This document shows, piece by piece, positions 11,235 through 24,690 of a stretch of DNA of 64,000 nt. The position numbers and the translations under genes were made by a program. Under the pieces are notes generated by a model. The model saw nothing but the letters and a program-made list of their open reading frames with translations. It was not told the DNA's origin and did no database searches. The stretch is from Ascidiella aspersa (lineage: Eukaryota), in contig OZ004613.1 in assembly GCA_963924565.1 (NCBI GenBank), positions 22,258,001 through 22,322,000 on the forward strand, in the 5' to 3' direction. Numbering within the stretch: the stretch's first letter is position 1; every line of letters begins with the position of its first letter.

Positions 11235-14200
11235 TTAATTTCAGTCACAGTTCGTTGCTAAATCGCTACAAAAAATGACAGTATTGGTTAATTTACGCAA
11301 GGGTCAATTTCAGAATAAGGCTACATCGCATTTTTGCACTGCTTTAACCCTATTCTTTTCCTTTCTAGACTATTGTTTTCACCGTATCTTTCCGGCGTTA
11401 TCATTTAAAATGGAAACTTAAAGTCCTTACGTAACCTTGCTATCTTTTTTGTAATCGGGTAACGTCTTGGAAATCTGACTGCTTCCAAATGCAGTAAACA
11501 CAAAAAACAACTCGATTATTTTTCAATCATTTTTACAGACGACCTTGCGTTTATATCCGAACAAATATCCTTACGGAGAACTCATCAAAATGCCCGATGG
11601 AAGAAATAATATACATTTTCCCACAAAAGTAGCAAAAACTAAGGAGACTTTGTTAAGCTTAATGAACGTAGAACATATGCGGTTTTTGATTATAAAAGCC
11701 CGAATGGCGTATCGAGAGTCCCTTCTTTCCCCCTTTTGCCTTTTTTTCTTTTCCCCATTCTCGCTTTAGCAAATTCTAGGATCACGTTTTCTCTCTTCGC
11801 AAGCGAAGTTATACGTATTCCCGAAATAAATGCGACCACGAAGCTTATAATGTTGCACGTCGGGAGTAATTGGGTGTTAGAGTTGACACGCACTTTAAAA
11901 TAAGCTGGGGTGGGGGCACGTAGTGCAGTAAATGACGTGCAGTGGTCAACGGGACAATTTCTGAGAAAAAGTCGCTCATTTGTTTTGTGAGTTGGTAATT
12001 TCAGTGTGATTAGTGGAAAAACGCCCCATTTACTAAATTATCGAAACTACACCAAATGAATGTCAACGCGTTTATGGATGTAACCGACTACTCAAAATTT
12101 CTTACGATTTTTCAAACTAATAAGCAAGTTGATAAATACCTTACATTTTTCACATTTAAGCAATGGAATAAACTGCTTGTTTCTCACGCATTTTTCGTGC
12201 AATTGTTCCAGCTTGATATAAATCGTTAACTAATACCCACAAAAGGGCAAAAACAGGAAAGTTTGTTTTGTCGCATTTTTTTCATAGCAGTTCATTCAAT
12301 TCGATACGAACAAAGTACTAAAATGTCGAATTTTTTCCCCCAAATAAATCAGACCAAGTTTCGCAGCACGTCTGATTTCATTTCACGCGAGAGCGACAAG
12401 TTAAATTTTCAATTGGCAGAACTGTCGACTATTCACGTAAGCGGACAACGACACTTTCAGCCTTTTTTTAGGAAGTGCCACTTTTTAGGCTTGGCAGACG
12501 TGTCGGGTACAGCCGAAATACAAAATGGGCGAAAAGTGGCGTTTCAATGCAAGTGGGGGCGCGACGATCGTCGAAAAGCGACGATTAAAAAAGCGAAATG
12601 AATGCAAAGCTGAAATGCGTGGAAGCCGCGAACCGGAAAACCGCCGTCGAGTGTTGCTTGGTGGCGCATTCCTAACAAGACTCTTCCCGTGTTAGGCCCG
12701 CCACTTTTCGGAGAAGGCAGGCGGCGATAAGCTGGCCGAATTGACAAGCGCTTTTCTGTCGCCGTGCCCAAGTGATTGCTGAATAGACCGTCTTCTTTCA
12801 TGAAACGAGTAGCTGACATTTTACGCGGGCTTGGCGGGCCGTTTTACATCTGAGAACACGGGCGTTCAGGCAGATGCCTGCCTGAAAATCGAAGGTTAAG
12901 CGCGGCATCTGCCAATATGTCTCTCGATTATGGCAGCTAAACATAGCAGACCCGTCAGCGCTAAAGCTTTTTCACGTTTCGCTGCAAAGCATTACGCCTC
13001 ACATCGGACTAATTCTCCCAAGCTGTGTGCGCGTTTTGTTTATTTTCCGATAAATAAAATCTTGAACTTTTAAAAATGACATATTGCGTTTGTACTTTTG
13101 TTTGAAAGCGATTTCTCAGTTGAATGAAAAGTAGATAACGTGTTTTTCAATTCAAGTATCGTTTTTTATGTGTTTTTTGTCTTCCGAAATATGCTGTGAA
13201 AAGCCAGAAATATTTCACGATGTTAGAGCATAATGTATGGGGAATCAGAATTTAATGTTGAAATACTGTTACATATATCTTTTGAATGCAATAGCGAAAT
13301 CTTTTTTATCCAGGTTAAAATACGTTTTACTTTGTATGTTTAGGTATATGTTGTTTACTTAAAGCAGCAAAGTCAATGCGTGATGCGACAAACTAATAGA
13401 GACTTTACTGCCTTACTAGCAGCCTATGCACGAAAGTGCGCAAATCTGTTGTGATCCCTTTCGTGTCTATCACAACGCATTGTGGTCCTTCTGGGGCCGC
13501 GCAGCTCAAAACCGCCGTTGCATAAAGTTCGATTTCGTAGCAAGACGCACGTCAAGTTCGCCGACCATACAGATCTAAGATAGGCGGTCGCGGATTGCTC
13601 AGCTATGCTTTGCGTGTTGGCTTCACTTGCTAAGGTCAAAACAAGCTGGTGGTGTGAGTTTCGTGCGCCTACCGACTCTTCCCATAATCGCGTATCACGA
13701 ATTGTATGTGGTTTCGCTGCAGCTTTTAAGAATACGCCCAGCACGAAGGCATCGGGAATTCACCAGCGGCGGTTCGCTCGAAATCTAAAGAAGTATTTCT
13801 TGCTGGCGATGCTTGCGGGTCGAAAGGTTTAAGAACGCTTCGCTTTAAAGCGACTATAGCAGCCGGTATTTCGTAAAAGTTTGTGTACATTTGCAATATC
13901 ATGCCGCATTTGAAGACTGCAATTTGTATGTACCAGCACATCATTTTTTATCATAATTTTTTTTCAAGGGTGTTTCATAAATTAAGATTTTTCCTTTACG
14001 TAAATCCTAAAAAATCTATAATAAACCAATACACTAAGTAGATGAAGTATACACGCACCTTGAAATCGTTAGCGCGCTTTAAGTAAAATCGTAAACCAAA
14101 GCCTATATATATATGCCGCAAACTAAAAGCTAAAAAAAACGTTCGGGTTGGCAACTTTCCTGTTCGGGTTTCGGTGAGCACACACTCGCCAAGCCGCGAT

Positions 14201-16049
14201 GACTGAAAAGGAGCGATCCAATTATCGCTTGTTGTTACTTCTCGAGTTCCTGTTATACCACTGCGCAAATACAGCCTTTGCCACGCTTGCCGTTTGCTAA
14301 GCGAAACGACAATTAAGCCGATTTCTACGCCAGCGAACATTTAAACAAGACGTAAATGCTGCTGTTTCTTGTAGAAAACTACGAGCCGTAACCTGTTGCC
14401 CGCATTTTGAGTGTAAGAGCGTATTTCCGATGGTTTATCTCCGCGAGAAGGCTGTATAAAAAATATTTGGAAGTTATTTATAAACCAACCACACCGTTGT
14501 GCAAAACTTTCCCTGAAAATTTTTCCTGCCTAATTAACCTGTATGATAGTTTTAGGACTAACGCACCACGCTTTGTAAAACTAACGCGCTATAAATCGCC
14601 TGTTCACATGTCGACTAAATAAGAGAAATGCATTATCTTATATTGGATAGCGCGTCGATGATTTATAGCTCAAGCCGCTCGCCGACAATCAAATTGCTAT
14701 ACCCTAAAGGTCATGTGCGCCTTTTTCGTAGAAACTTGTGTGGATCTACTGTAGCGCCAAGCACAGGTTGCTTTGGCTGCCATCTCGTTTCATAACTCAG
14801 GAGCCGAAACGTGACAAAGTCCTGGTCCTATAGAAAAAATCTTAAGTTTTGAAAGAACAAGTTTAGGTATAGCCCCCGATTTTCTCAATACGCTTGTTAC
14901 GCGCTGGCAAAACCTGTTATCATAGGTCACTATCGGCGGCGCCGCAACTGCGGCGAACGTGAACTTTAGAACCGAAAATTTGCGACCGCAGAAAGCAATA
15001 TTTTTTGCGCACACGTGAGTCACGAGTTGTTCGCAAAATGCCAGCCGCCGCCACGGCATTCTTCCGTTCTTGCTGCAAGCGGCCGTGTGTATTACGCGTT
15101 TCCCGTTTTACTGGTATTTCAACTGCGGCTACCAAACACTTAAAGCTTAAAGTAAAACAGAACTGCACACCATTATGCCGAACTTATTCGATGAGATGGT
15201 GAAGTTTATTTTATGAAATTTAAAGTATACCTTTCTTTTATGTCATGGAACCCATTCTAACATCGCGCGTAACAAGTTTTTTAATTAATTATTTTCTTGG
15301 AGTTTCACGATAAAGAGATATTTCATTATGCTGAACAACACAATAAATGTAACAGATAACTATTCATGATAATAAGGAGATTCCACAAATCGCATTTCAG
15401 TTAAAATCAGCAGTGGATCAATCTTATTTACCGTGAGGTTTCCATTAACCGGATCGCGACAAATATCAGAAACGTAAAGGCCGAGAAGCGACAGAGTTAG
15501 GCGATTCTAACATTTGGATACGAGCGATCGTCACGGCGATGAGCTTCGTGTCACGCGACGCTGTTGTCAAGTTCGACCATAAGCCAAGGCGATGTCTCGG
15601 TTTCGATCCGGGTTTGTCACGATTTCGAACTTTTCGCGAAGAGTTGGCCGCGGTCAATTGACCTTACTCGTTTGTCGCGCGATTTCGACAGATTATCGGC
15701 TGATGCTTCTCCCAGAGCTGGAAAGGCGAATTGGACGGCGCGGCCGCATCTCAGAACGCAGCTGTGCGTCGGCGCGAGCGTCCTTTGTGCTTTCCGCAAT
15801 TGTCAACCGCGCGTTGGGTATAATTTCGACTTTCGACTGTTCCGCTCGCCCCATCTTTTCCTGACATGGTGCAATAATGGCCGGACATCCCGTTTACCGC
15901 GGATGGAGGCGGAACTCGAGAATGCAAGACACAGTAAACATATCGAAGAAAACAAAACGTCAGCGTTGTGCACTGTTGGGAGTCTTAAAGCAGTTTCTAT
16001 ACGATCAGCAAAGCAAAAAACTATAGTGACTGTTGCACAAAATGTTTTA

Positions 16050-16460
16050 TCGTATGTTGTGTGATGTTTTCGCCTTATGTTCACTATTGCGTTGTCACTC
16101 ACTTAACTTTTCTTGCCTTTCCACTTTTGCACCTCACCTTTCACGCTTTATTTCTTATCTAATCACGTTTTCCGTTGGCACCCAATAATTAGTTACGTTT
16201 GACACAGACACCATTTCTTTCTCTCGTTGTTGTCTTTCGCGTGGTCGAAAACAAATGTAGACAGTCAGGCTAGGCAAGGTTGGGATAACCACCCGTTTAG
16301 ATCGTCGTCGTTTACGCCCTATTTTAATCTGTGGCCGCTTTATATTACGTCCTTTTATTGCTTTATGATTTAAACGTAAGTCGCCTGTATCGCCCTATAT
16401 TACAACGCTGATATACGTCTCGTGTAGTTCTCAGGCATCCGACAGGCCGTGAAGTAAAGT
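16050..16460 (+). repeat. Dispersed repeat, copy A
   Basis: Shares ttttgcacctcacctt...ttcttatct.atcacgttttccgttg.cacc.aataattagttac...gtcagg.t.ggcaagg.tggga and tcaggcatccgacaggccgt with 26500-26940; boundaries approximate. Confidence 0.75.
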
Positions 16461-17008
16461 TCTGGAATAGTTTAACGTAACAGTGACCACCCTTGTTTGT
16501 GGCCAGACAACAAATTTTCATGACATCCAATACCGACGTATAAAATGGCGCCAAATGGTTTTGAAACTAGCAAATACTTTTCACAGTTTACTGCGAGGAT
16601 TTCCCAGTTTTCAGAAAGCGATTGCCACTGTAATTTCCTATAATTAATATACAACGGTGAGGTAGCGCACGACTTGAATTACTCCCAAATCCCCTAAATA
16701 TTTGCTGGATTAGAAACGCCGTTCCCGCAAATCTTCCTTACATCGCGCCCGCCTCCAGTTAAGAGCCTCGAAAGCTTTAAACAAAACTCATGTTCCCGAA
16801 AACAAACGAACGAAGTTCAGTGGGAGGACTTTCGACTTTTGCGGCTTGGCGCCTTACACCCCACTCCGAAATTTAGTTATAAACGTTTTTAAAAGATGAA
16901 AACTCAAACACAAAAACTAAATTAAGATAGCGGATCGTGTTGGAAACAGCAGGGATTAGCCGGAGCATGTTCGCTCAAGTACAGAAAAACAAAAAGGACC
17001 GTATAGGT

Positions 17009-17307
17009 CAGGGATGTCCAACATTTTATTATAGTGGGCCGCATTGACACTTGAAATAATTTAATGGGCCGCAGAGTAATCTTGAATATCAAGTTTCAAG
17101 ATTAAGTATTGGCCTTTAGAGGTATATATATATATATTTTACCCATATTATACTATTAATGCGCCCCTAAAAGCTGACTAGTACATTTTAATTAGGTCAA
17201 TATTGAACGTTTAAAATACTACTTGGGAGTGAAAATGACTAGCGGGCCGCACAAAAATTTCAGGCGGGCCGCAATGTGGCCCGCGGGCCGCAGGTTGGAC
17301 ATCCCTG
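17009..17307. mobile_element. hAT (Charlie/Buster-type) MITE
   Basis: Perfect 14-bp TIR cagggatgtccaac/gttggacatccctg; perfect 8-bp TSD gtataggt; subterminal gggccgc repeats. Confidence 0.93.
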
Positions 17308-20300
17308 GTATAGGTGGTGTTTACTGGATCCAAGCTTTGCCTTACGCAACGCCGCGGCGATTTTGTTTCGGCGTATCACTGCGTGCATCTAGAATCGAAA
17401 CCGGGAGACGGTATCACCGATATCAAAGCTGATCATGAAACGACAATAATAGCGAAACGACGATATAACAAGGGCACTCGGACATGGCAGGTCGGGCAAC
17501 GGACAAACGGGCACGCGGCGATTTTGCGGGTACGCTAAACCGGCTCGCAATACGATTCCAATAATTCCGCTCGTTCCCGCCCGTCGACGACACGCGATCA
17601 ACATTCGCCGCCGCCAAACCACCTTAGCAGTGGCGAGAAGCGAAATACATAAGAGGGCTTAGCTGAGCGACGGCAGACATTGCCACTTTTGCTTCTGCTG
17701 CGGTCGCATCTGCTCCAGTCGAGTGCGGGGCCGCGGCGGATTACTTGGCGCGCGCAACTGCCCGCGGTAGAACCGTGAGCGGCACGCCCAACTTCGAGTT
17801 CGTACCAAATCGCGAAAACACCCGGCCTTTCGCGTCCCGAGTAAAATCAACAAATTGACACAAAATGCGTGCCGAGATTTTACTTTGGGATTTTTGGACT
17901 AACTGACTTTGAGAAGTTTTTCTAAAATGATTTCTGTACTTCTTTCAAAGTGAACGAAATTGGGTGAAAACAACTTTCCCAGCAATGACCAAAACTAAAT
18001 TTTACTTTTCAAGCAAGCTGAATAAAATTCTATACTAAAACACGTTGGAAGACACCTGATTTTTGTCGCGTAAGAAAATAAAAGTCTGACGTAATAGTCA
18101 CGTAGCGGTAGCTAAACGATTTAATCAGCTGATCATATATGTGAGATGCGACTGACCATTAGTCATAATCCGAACTGCGTGCTATTGCTATGTATTATAA
18201 ATACCACCTTAAACAATCATCTGAGCAAACGAAATATCACAAATGGTGTAATTCTGCCAGAAAGGCACTACTGTAAAAAACTGTAATACCACCATGTTGT
18301 GAAGAATACTCCATATTTAAATCGCAGTAGCTTGATAATGAATCTTCAAGTCTACACCCGGATCAAGTAAATCGACATCATCTTGATAAAGACGTGTTGA
18401 TACGTACTTGTTTCTTCATCAGTTAATATAAATTACAGTAATTCGTGTATTTTAGTAAGCACGTTAGTAGGGGGTATATATGCCCGAGTTAACTTTGTGG
18501 CAGTGCTAAGACATGTATGCAAAATAAATATTTCAGTGACTTCTAGAAAAGCAACGGTAGAAGTTTAAATATATCTACATTCTACAATATCATTGGCAAT
18601 ACTAATTAAAAATATATATACTAAATTTGGAACACTAAGAATTAAGTCATCAATTGAGGTTAAATATTTTAGTGTTTCTTCGTACATTATTATTTCGACA
18701 TTAGAATCCAACAAAGTAGCTGATACAAAACGTAAATACTTCTGGACAGCACAAATTTAGATTTTATTCTATATTTAACTTAATTGATGGCAACCCTAAA
18801 GGCGTTGTTACAACTTTCCTCAGCAACCTTTTGTAATTGACGGGTCACTAAAATACATTTCAGTAGACTAGTCCAGACAAATGAGATAACTATCGTACAA
18901 GTGGTCTTGAAGCTGTCGGAAAACAACCAAAATTAATAATTTGGGACACCGCGCTCGCTCGATTATTTAAGCTTAAGTGACAATTAAACTGCGTTGACAG
19001 CGGCTTAAATTAAAACAAACTTCAACATAAGAGAGCAGTATTTAGTATAATTACCCTACGCACTCCTATATTATCAGATCTAATATACTTGAATCTTCAC
19101 TCAGTTTGGTTGTCACATGTTCACCCGCTTCTGAAAAGTCTAAACTTGGCGCTGATACGTCCTAAAATAGTAGCTCCACTCTGTCTATAATTTGTCTCAG
19201 AAATAAATGCTGCCATCAGGATACGGATTTTACAGGTCGTTGCGACCAAGGCTTATAAATGGCAGGGATGTCTTGTCACAATGTAGTGACACAAGGCGGG
19301 AAATATAGAACCAGACTCCGCACGTTATAGCCCATCAAGCGCCATTTGTAATGGAATGGATGCACGATTGCACGGTCTGTCTTGGAAACGGCACGGCGCG
19401 CGCTCGCAGATATGTAAAGTGAAACCAGCTCACTGGTTTGACGTAGCACGCTCACACGTCAGCGCGTGCATATTAGGATGCCATGAACAATATGTCCAGA
19501 ATCGGTCAGCTATTTGCACCCCGATTGCGTCATGGCGCAAGTCATGCTTTGTCGAATCTTTTTCAAGGGCCTCGAATCGGGCGACTGCCGTGATTCGGGA
19601 ATTCGCTTTTCGGTTGCCTGTTCCGAGAATTTTCTAATTCAGTTCCAGGAGCGAAATCTGTCATTGCTCCTGGAATAGCACCACTCATGGTGTCTTGTTT
19701 TTTTTTCAACGTTTTGCTTTCTAGGCGTTTCGACTGATTTCGCGCGGCCACCAGTTTTCGCCCCCATTTTCGAGTGTATCGCGTATTCGGTCAAAGTTAT
19801 ACGATGTATTACATAACGATGGTCATTGCACGCCGTTTCTCGATATACCCTTTTGCACGTCAACATTGCGTCTTGACGGTGAATCAGTCGGGCCCGAGCT
19901 AGCTTAAAGGCTAAAGTCCGAAAGCGCCACTTTTTTATTAGATTAACAAACTGAAAGCCGCTAGTCGCTGTGTTTTTTCGGCTAGGAAGTAAGCAGCGTG
20001 CTTTTCACTTTCGTTTGAACGTTGCGCAATAGTCGTTTATTTGCCTTTTGGTTTGTTGGTACAACAAATAGCAAACCGAAATCAAAACAAACAGCTCTTT
20101 GCGATCTTTAATATTTCCCTGGTAATATTTTACGCAAATTTCGGGATTGTCTGTCGTTGGCCGATTTATATACGTTGCACTATTTTCCTGTAAGCAGTTA
20201 AACTCCTGATCTATATCTAAAAAAAAACGACAACGACACGTTTTTTTGTCTACCAATGTTAAGCCAAAGCTGTCCAACAACAATCTGCTTCTGTAAGCTC

Positions 20301-22502
20301 AGCTCAGAACGACAGAGAAGCAGGTCGCAATGAAAGACCAAACAAAACTTCAAAATAAAGAACACTTTCCTGACTTTTTCACTCTTTACATCAGCGTATT
20401 TCGGTTTCTGCCCTGCCCTCAAAAGCACCACGCACTTCCTGCTACATTTCCCTCATCTGAGATGAGGTCGAAACGAAACCGCAGTTGTGGTGATCGGTCA
20501 CTAAAGCGCCAATTAGATTGAAACAGTTGGTTATTGGCGCGTGTGGGTGTCATAGCTGTGTAGAGCACGTGCGTACTGCACTCGCGCTGCCTTTGTACCA
20601 TCTTGACTGAATACATATACGTACAAAGGGTCTACAGACATCGATCATGACACAGTTGCGAACCGGTGGCAATACGCCGCGCTGTTATCCGTTTGTTACG
20701 TCACAATGTCCTGCTCATCGGGCTTCCTTTCTCACGTGGCAAGAAGCCTTTTATTTTGTGCAGGGGTGACGGATTGGGATACTTCCGCAATGTGTGTTAA
20801 AACACGATTACGCGAGCATTGTGCTGGTACAGTCAATTTTATTATAAGTGGGTTTTTCTAACGTTCCACAGGTATGGCATACTTGGTTTCTTAAGGTAGT
20901 TCCAATTCGGGATTAAATTGCTTGTTAAGGCATAAGTAAAAATATAGACGAACAATTTACATTTTAAAACCTAGTCCTAAGAGATGCTAAATACAGTCTA
21001 ATTTGTTTTGAGAATATAAACCAATTCGGAATTGCTAAGCAGCCAAAGGGTTATTGTGATTCAAAGTAGGAAACGCAGTAAGTTTAACAAACGATATTAT
21101 GAACTGTGATCTTCGAGTTCAACAGTTATTGCGCAATATGTCGCAATAAAATTTTACCACATTAACGTCGTCATTTTCATAATAATAAAATGCGGTTTAC
21201 CATTAAAACATCGCAACTTGTATTTAAGGGCGGCAACCTTGCAATTTTCGCATAATGATAATAATCCTTGAACAATGAACGTTGTCGGAGAAAACTAATT
21301 GTGTTAATTTTTACTATAGTTCCTTGGATACAGTCGCATTGCGCCATATTTTTATCAACCGGTCGAAACATTCCCCCCACCCCCGAACCGCGAAATTTAA
21401 ATACAACGGCGATCAGAGGAGCGCTAATTGTTTTTTCCAGCGCGCAAATTAAGAGCCGGTTCGAGGTAGGATAGCCGGGACGGGGGCGCGTGACCTTGAA
21501 ATGCGGCACTTGACTTTGAGAACGCGTGGTTGCGCGGGCGCCTTAAATCGATAGAGAATGCCGCGGTGTTGAAAATATTTCGCCGGAAAATCGAGCGGCA
21601 ATGGCGCTAGCACGCACGCACACATATATGTACCATCGCTGCCTAAATCCGACCAATGTAGGCCCGCTGTAATGTTTTTCGCTGTGGGCGGATCGCTATC
21701 ACGACGTTTTCCTGGAAATGTGCTGTTTCGCCGTCGCGGATTTGTGGACGGTTGCGCGATGGCGAGTGCCAAGGCCTTCCGGAATAGTGTCACGACTTGC
21801 GAAACATTTTGCAAAGTGACACGGTCAAGCAGAGGTTAAATTTGATTTTTATCGCTTTACGCGATCAGGAGGGCTTTCGAGGGTGGGACGGACAACTGTA
21901 GAGAAATTAGGGAATCACGGACTATCGCATAGGCCGATTAAACCATCTCGCGCTTTTAGCAATGCCTTTGGCTATTTTTATTAATCACGTTGTTTTATAT
22001 CAAACGCAATCCATTTTGTAGAAAAACAGTATCGGATTTTTAACGCCTTTTGTAAAATATTTTAGTTTCGAAACTGATATTGTTATGAATTTAAATTACG
22101 ATTTTATGCAGTAATTATTTTAATTGAGAGTAATTTATTTCATTTAATCCTTTATCCAAATGATTACGACAAACTACTGTCAGTTGTGGCGTATTTCAGA
22201 ATTTCGCCAAGTCTGTTCGGGACACGCGCAGTCGCGTACGTAATAGAGTGGGAAATTAGGCCTTGCTGTGAATACAAACTGATCTGAGCTTTCTGTTTAA
22301 AGGGATTTGGCAATCCCGGCTGCTTTATAAAGGTCAACGTGTCTGGGATTAACTTTGCGTTTCGTTTACCGAATTCACTAATTTTAGTAGGTTTGTAATT
22401 CTTAAGGCGTTCGAAACAGGAAGAAAGAGATATTATGGTTTAATCATAAAATAAAGATCAAAATGAAAATTGATCCACAAAATATTTTATGTTAGTCTAT
22501 AT

Positions 22503-23002
22503 CAGTGTTTCTTAACCACCTAGAGGCGTATGAAAACGTGGCGGCGCGGCTTGCGAGCGAAGCGAGCGCGAATTTTTTGAGGTATTTCTCTTAAATTGCC
22601 TGCAATATTTGTAAGGGACTCGCCTTTAAGACTAAAAACTTTATTTTGTCATTTAAGTCTTATTTCGACTAATTTTTGACTTATTTCGACATGTTTAGGT
22701 CTTATCTGAACTATTTTAGATCTTCTTCTGTCGTGGTTATTACTGTGAATTTGGCGTTATCATGTCTGTGGTCTTAATAAGCCTACTTATGGTAGCCTAT
22801 TATAGATTAAGTATCATATTTAGATATTGTTGCTTTGTAGGTCTTATTGCGTTCTACTTGAAAAACATGTGGAATCAATGATCTAAGCTTAATAGGAAAG
22901 GAAAAAATATATGTTTTATATCATAGGACCTATACATTATTTTTTCCTTTTGCTCGTGGCGCACCTGGCAGCCTTCCATGGCGCACCGGTTGAGAAACGC
23001 TG
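22503..23002. mobile_element. hAT MITE
   Basis: TIR cagtgtttcttaacc/ggttgagaaacgctg (13/15); perfect 8-bp TSD gtctatat. Confidence 0.88.
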
Positions 23003-23250
23003 GTCTATATACACGGATTGTTTTATTTAAGGACTTCATGCATAATCTTACGAGTTTTTAATTTGTTTTATCTTTGGCATTTCTCCTGACCGTAAAGATT
23101 CGGACATTAAAGACGAGTTGCGAAAGACCTGTGCAATATTGTATAGCATTCGTTTACCATTCGCGGGCCAAAACCAATCTGAAAAAGGCTCGGCGGTTCG
23201 TAATAAATCCAAACCAACACTTTTGTTGTTAAAACGTGTAGTGTTTAGGT

Positions 23251-23513
23251 CAGGGGTGTCCAACTCAAACATACCGACGTGCCAATTTTTATCTTATAAC
23301 TTCTTCCCGTGCCAAAGTTTAGCAACTATTTTTTTTTTCTATCTTAAAAGCGCTTTTTATACGAAAATACAGAAGTAATTGTTTGTTGTGGGGTTGTTTT
23401 GTATTGGGAGTAAACAATGACAATTCGTTGTATATTTTTTTACAATTGGTTGTATTTTAGGGGGGCTTGCGTGCCATTTTTTATTAGGTCGTGCCTCATG
23501 CTGGACACCCCTG
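23251..23513. mobile_element. hAT MITE, short member of the family at 60827-61394
   Basis: TIR caggggtgtcca/tggacacccctg; perfect TSD gtttaggt; 5' ~100 bp and 3' end align with 60827-61394. Confidence 0.9.
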
Positions 23514-24422
23514 GTTTAGGTATTTTATTATAACAACTTTAAGAATTGTTTATCCGGGGCGGGCCTATAGGATTTGTTGTCAACTGAAAATTGGTCTAAA
23601 TACATTTCAAAAGAAACAGGTAAGCCATCCGAAAGATATGTGCTCGTTTGTTTAAAGTTTAAGTCCACACCGCGTTAACTATGATCATTTAGAAAGTTGT
23701 AATAAAAATGTTTTAAGGAAACACCATAAACATAATGGTTGATCTAGTTTTTGGACACAATGAATTCGTACGAAGCCCGGTTGGCGAAACTTTTATTGAT
23801 GATAGTTTTAGGGTATGTATGGCGCCTTCGGGTAAAAATACCCATAAAACGTAAACATATAGGATATATGAATAAGGTTTGCGAAAAGCGCGAAAAATAT
23901 TTGAAATCAATTGTTAAAATGGCCATAAATTACGAGAAGTGGTCTCGGGATAAGTTTTTAAAAAAGGTCGCGGATCGGATGAGTGTATAATGAATAGAAT
24001 AAGTAAACTATGTGCTGGCCTTCCACACTTTCGTCCGCGAGTATATATTGCTAACATTATATAGGTTAGGGTTCGAGTGGGTTAAGTATTATTATTATAT
24101 TTATTCTCCAATATTTGTTTCTTTGTTGCAATTACATTCTTGACAACTCGTTTTGTTACTGTAAAAAATTGGCACGATTCTAGACCAGCGCCGTAATCTG
24201 TTTTAACCAGCTTATCATTTTTATTTTCCCGGCGCGTATGAACTAAAAACTTGAAATTAAAACTCCCCTCGCATTGGAAATTCTACAACACGCTTAGCGT
24301 CAACTTCCGGTATGATTTTTCACTGGAGCATGTCGCAAATCACAAATCAAAACCGGATACAAGGGAATTTACTTCGCGCGACTTTACTTCTACAGCCACT
24401 TAAAAGCCCGTACTTCCCCGAT

Positions 24423-24690
24423 ATGACTCAGTACTTGGGGGTCGGCCACAAGAAGATACCTTCCTTTGCGAAGACGTCACGATGACGCAACGCACGGCGC
24501 GTGACGCGCTGAGAAAAGCGGAAACTGTCCCGGACGTCACTGCGAAGCGACTATAGTGCTTTTCAAACAAGTGACGCACTTCCTGTTTGGGTTTTAACCC
24601 TTTCCTGCCTTCCCTTGGCCTCCACAGGCTCCAATCCTGTGTCAAATCTCGACGTTTGCGAGCTGTGACGTCGCGTTATTTATAAACAGC
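24423..24690. promoter_or_regulatory. Candidate CREB/ATF/AP-1 homotypic cluster with an ETS site
   Basis: TGACTCA at 24424; six TGACG half-sites (either strand) at ~24475, 24483, 24502, 24535, 24572 and 24666; ACTTCCTG at ~24578; TATAAA at 24681. Confidence 0.45.

Noticed and set aside
12865-12886. Hairpin ttcaggcag-atgc-ctgcctgaa
   Set aside because: A 9-bp stem is too short for a pre-miRNA and is expected occasionally in 64 kb
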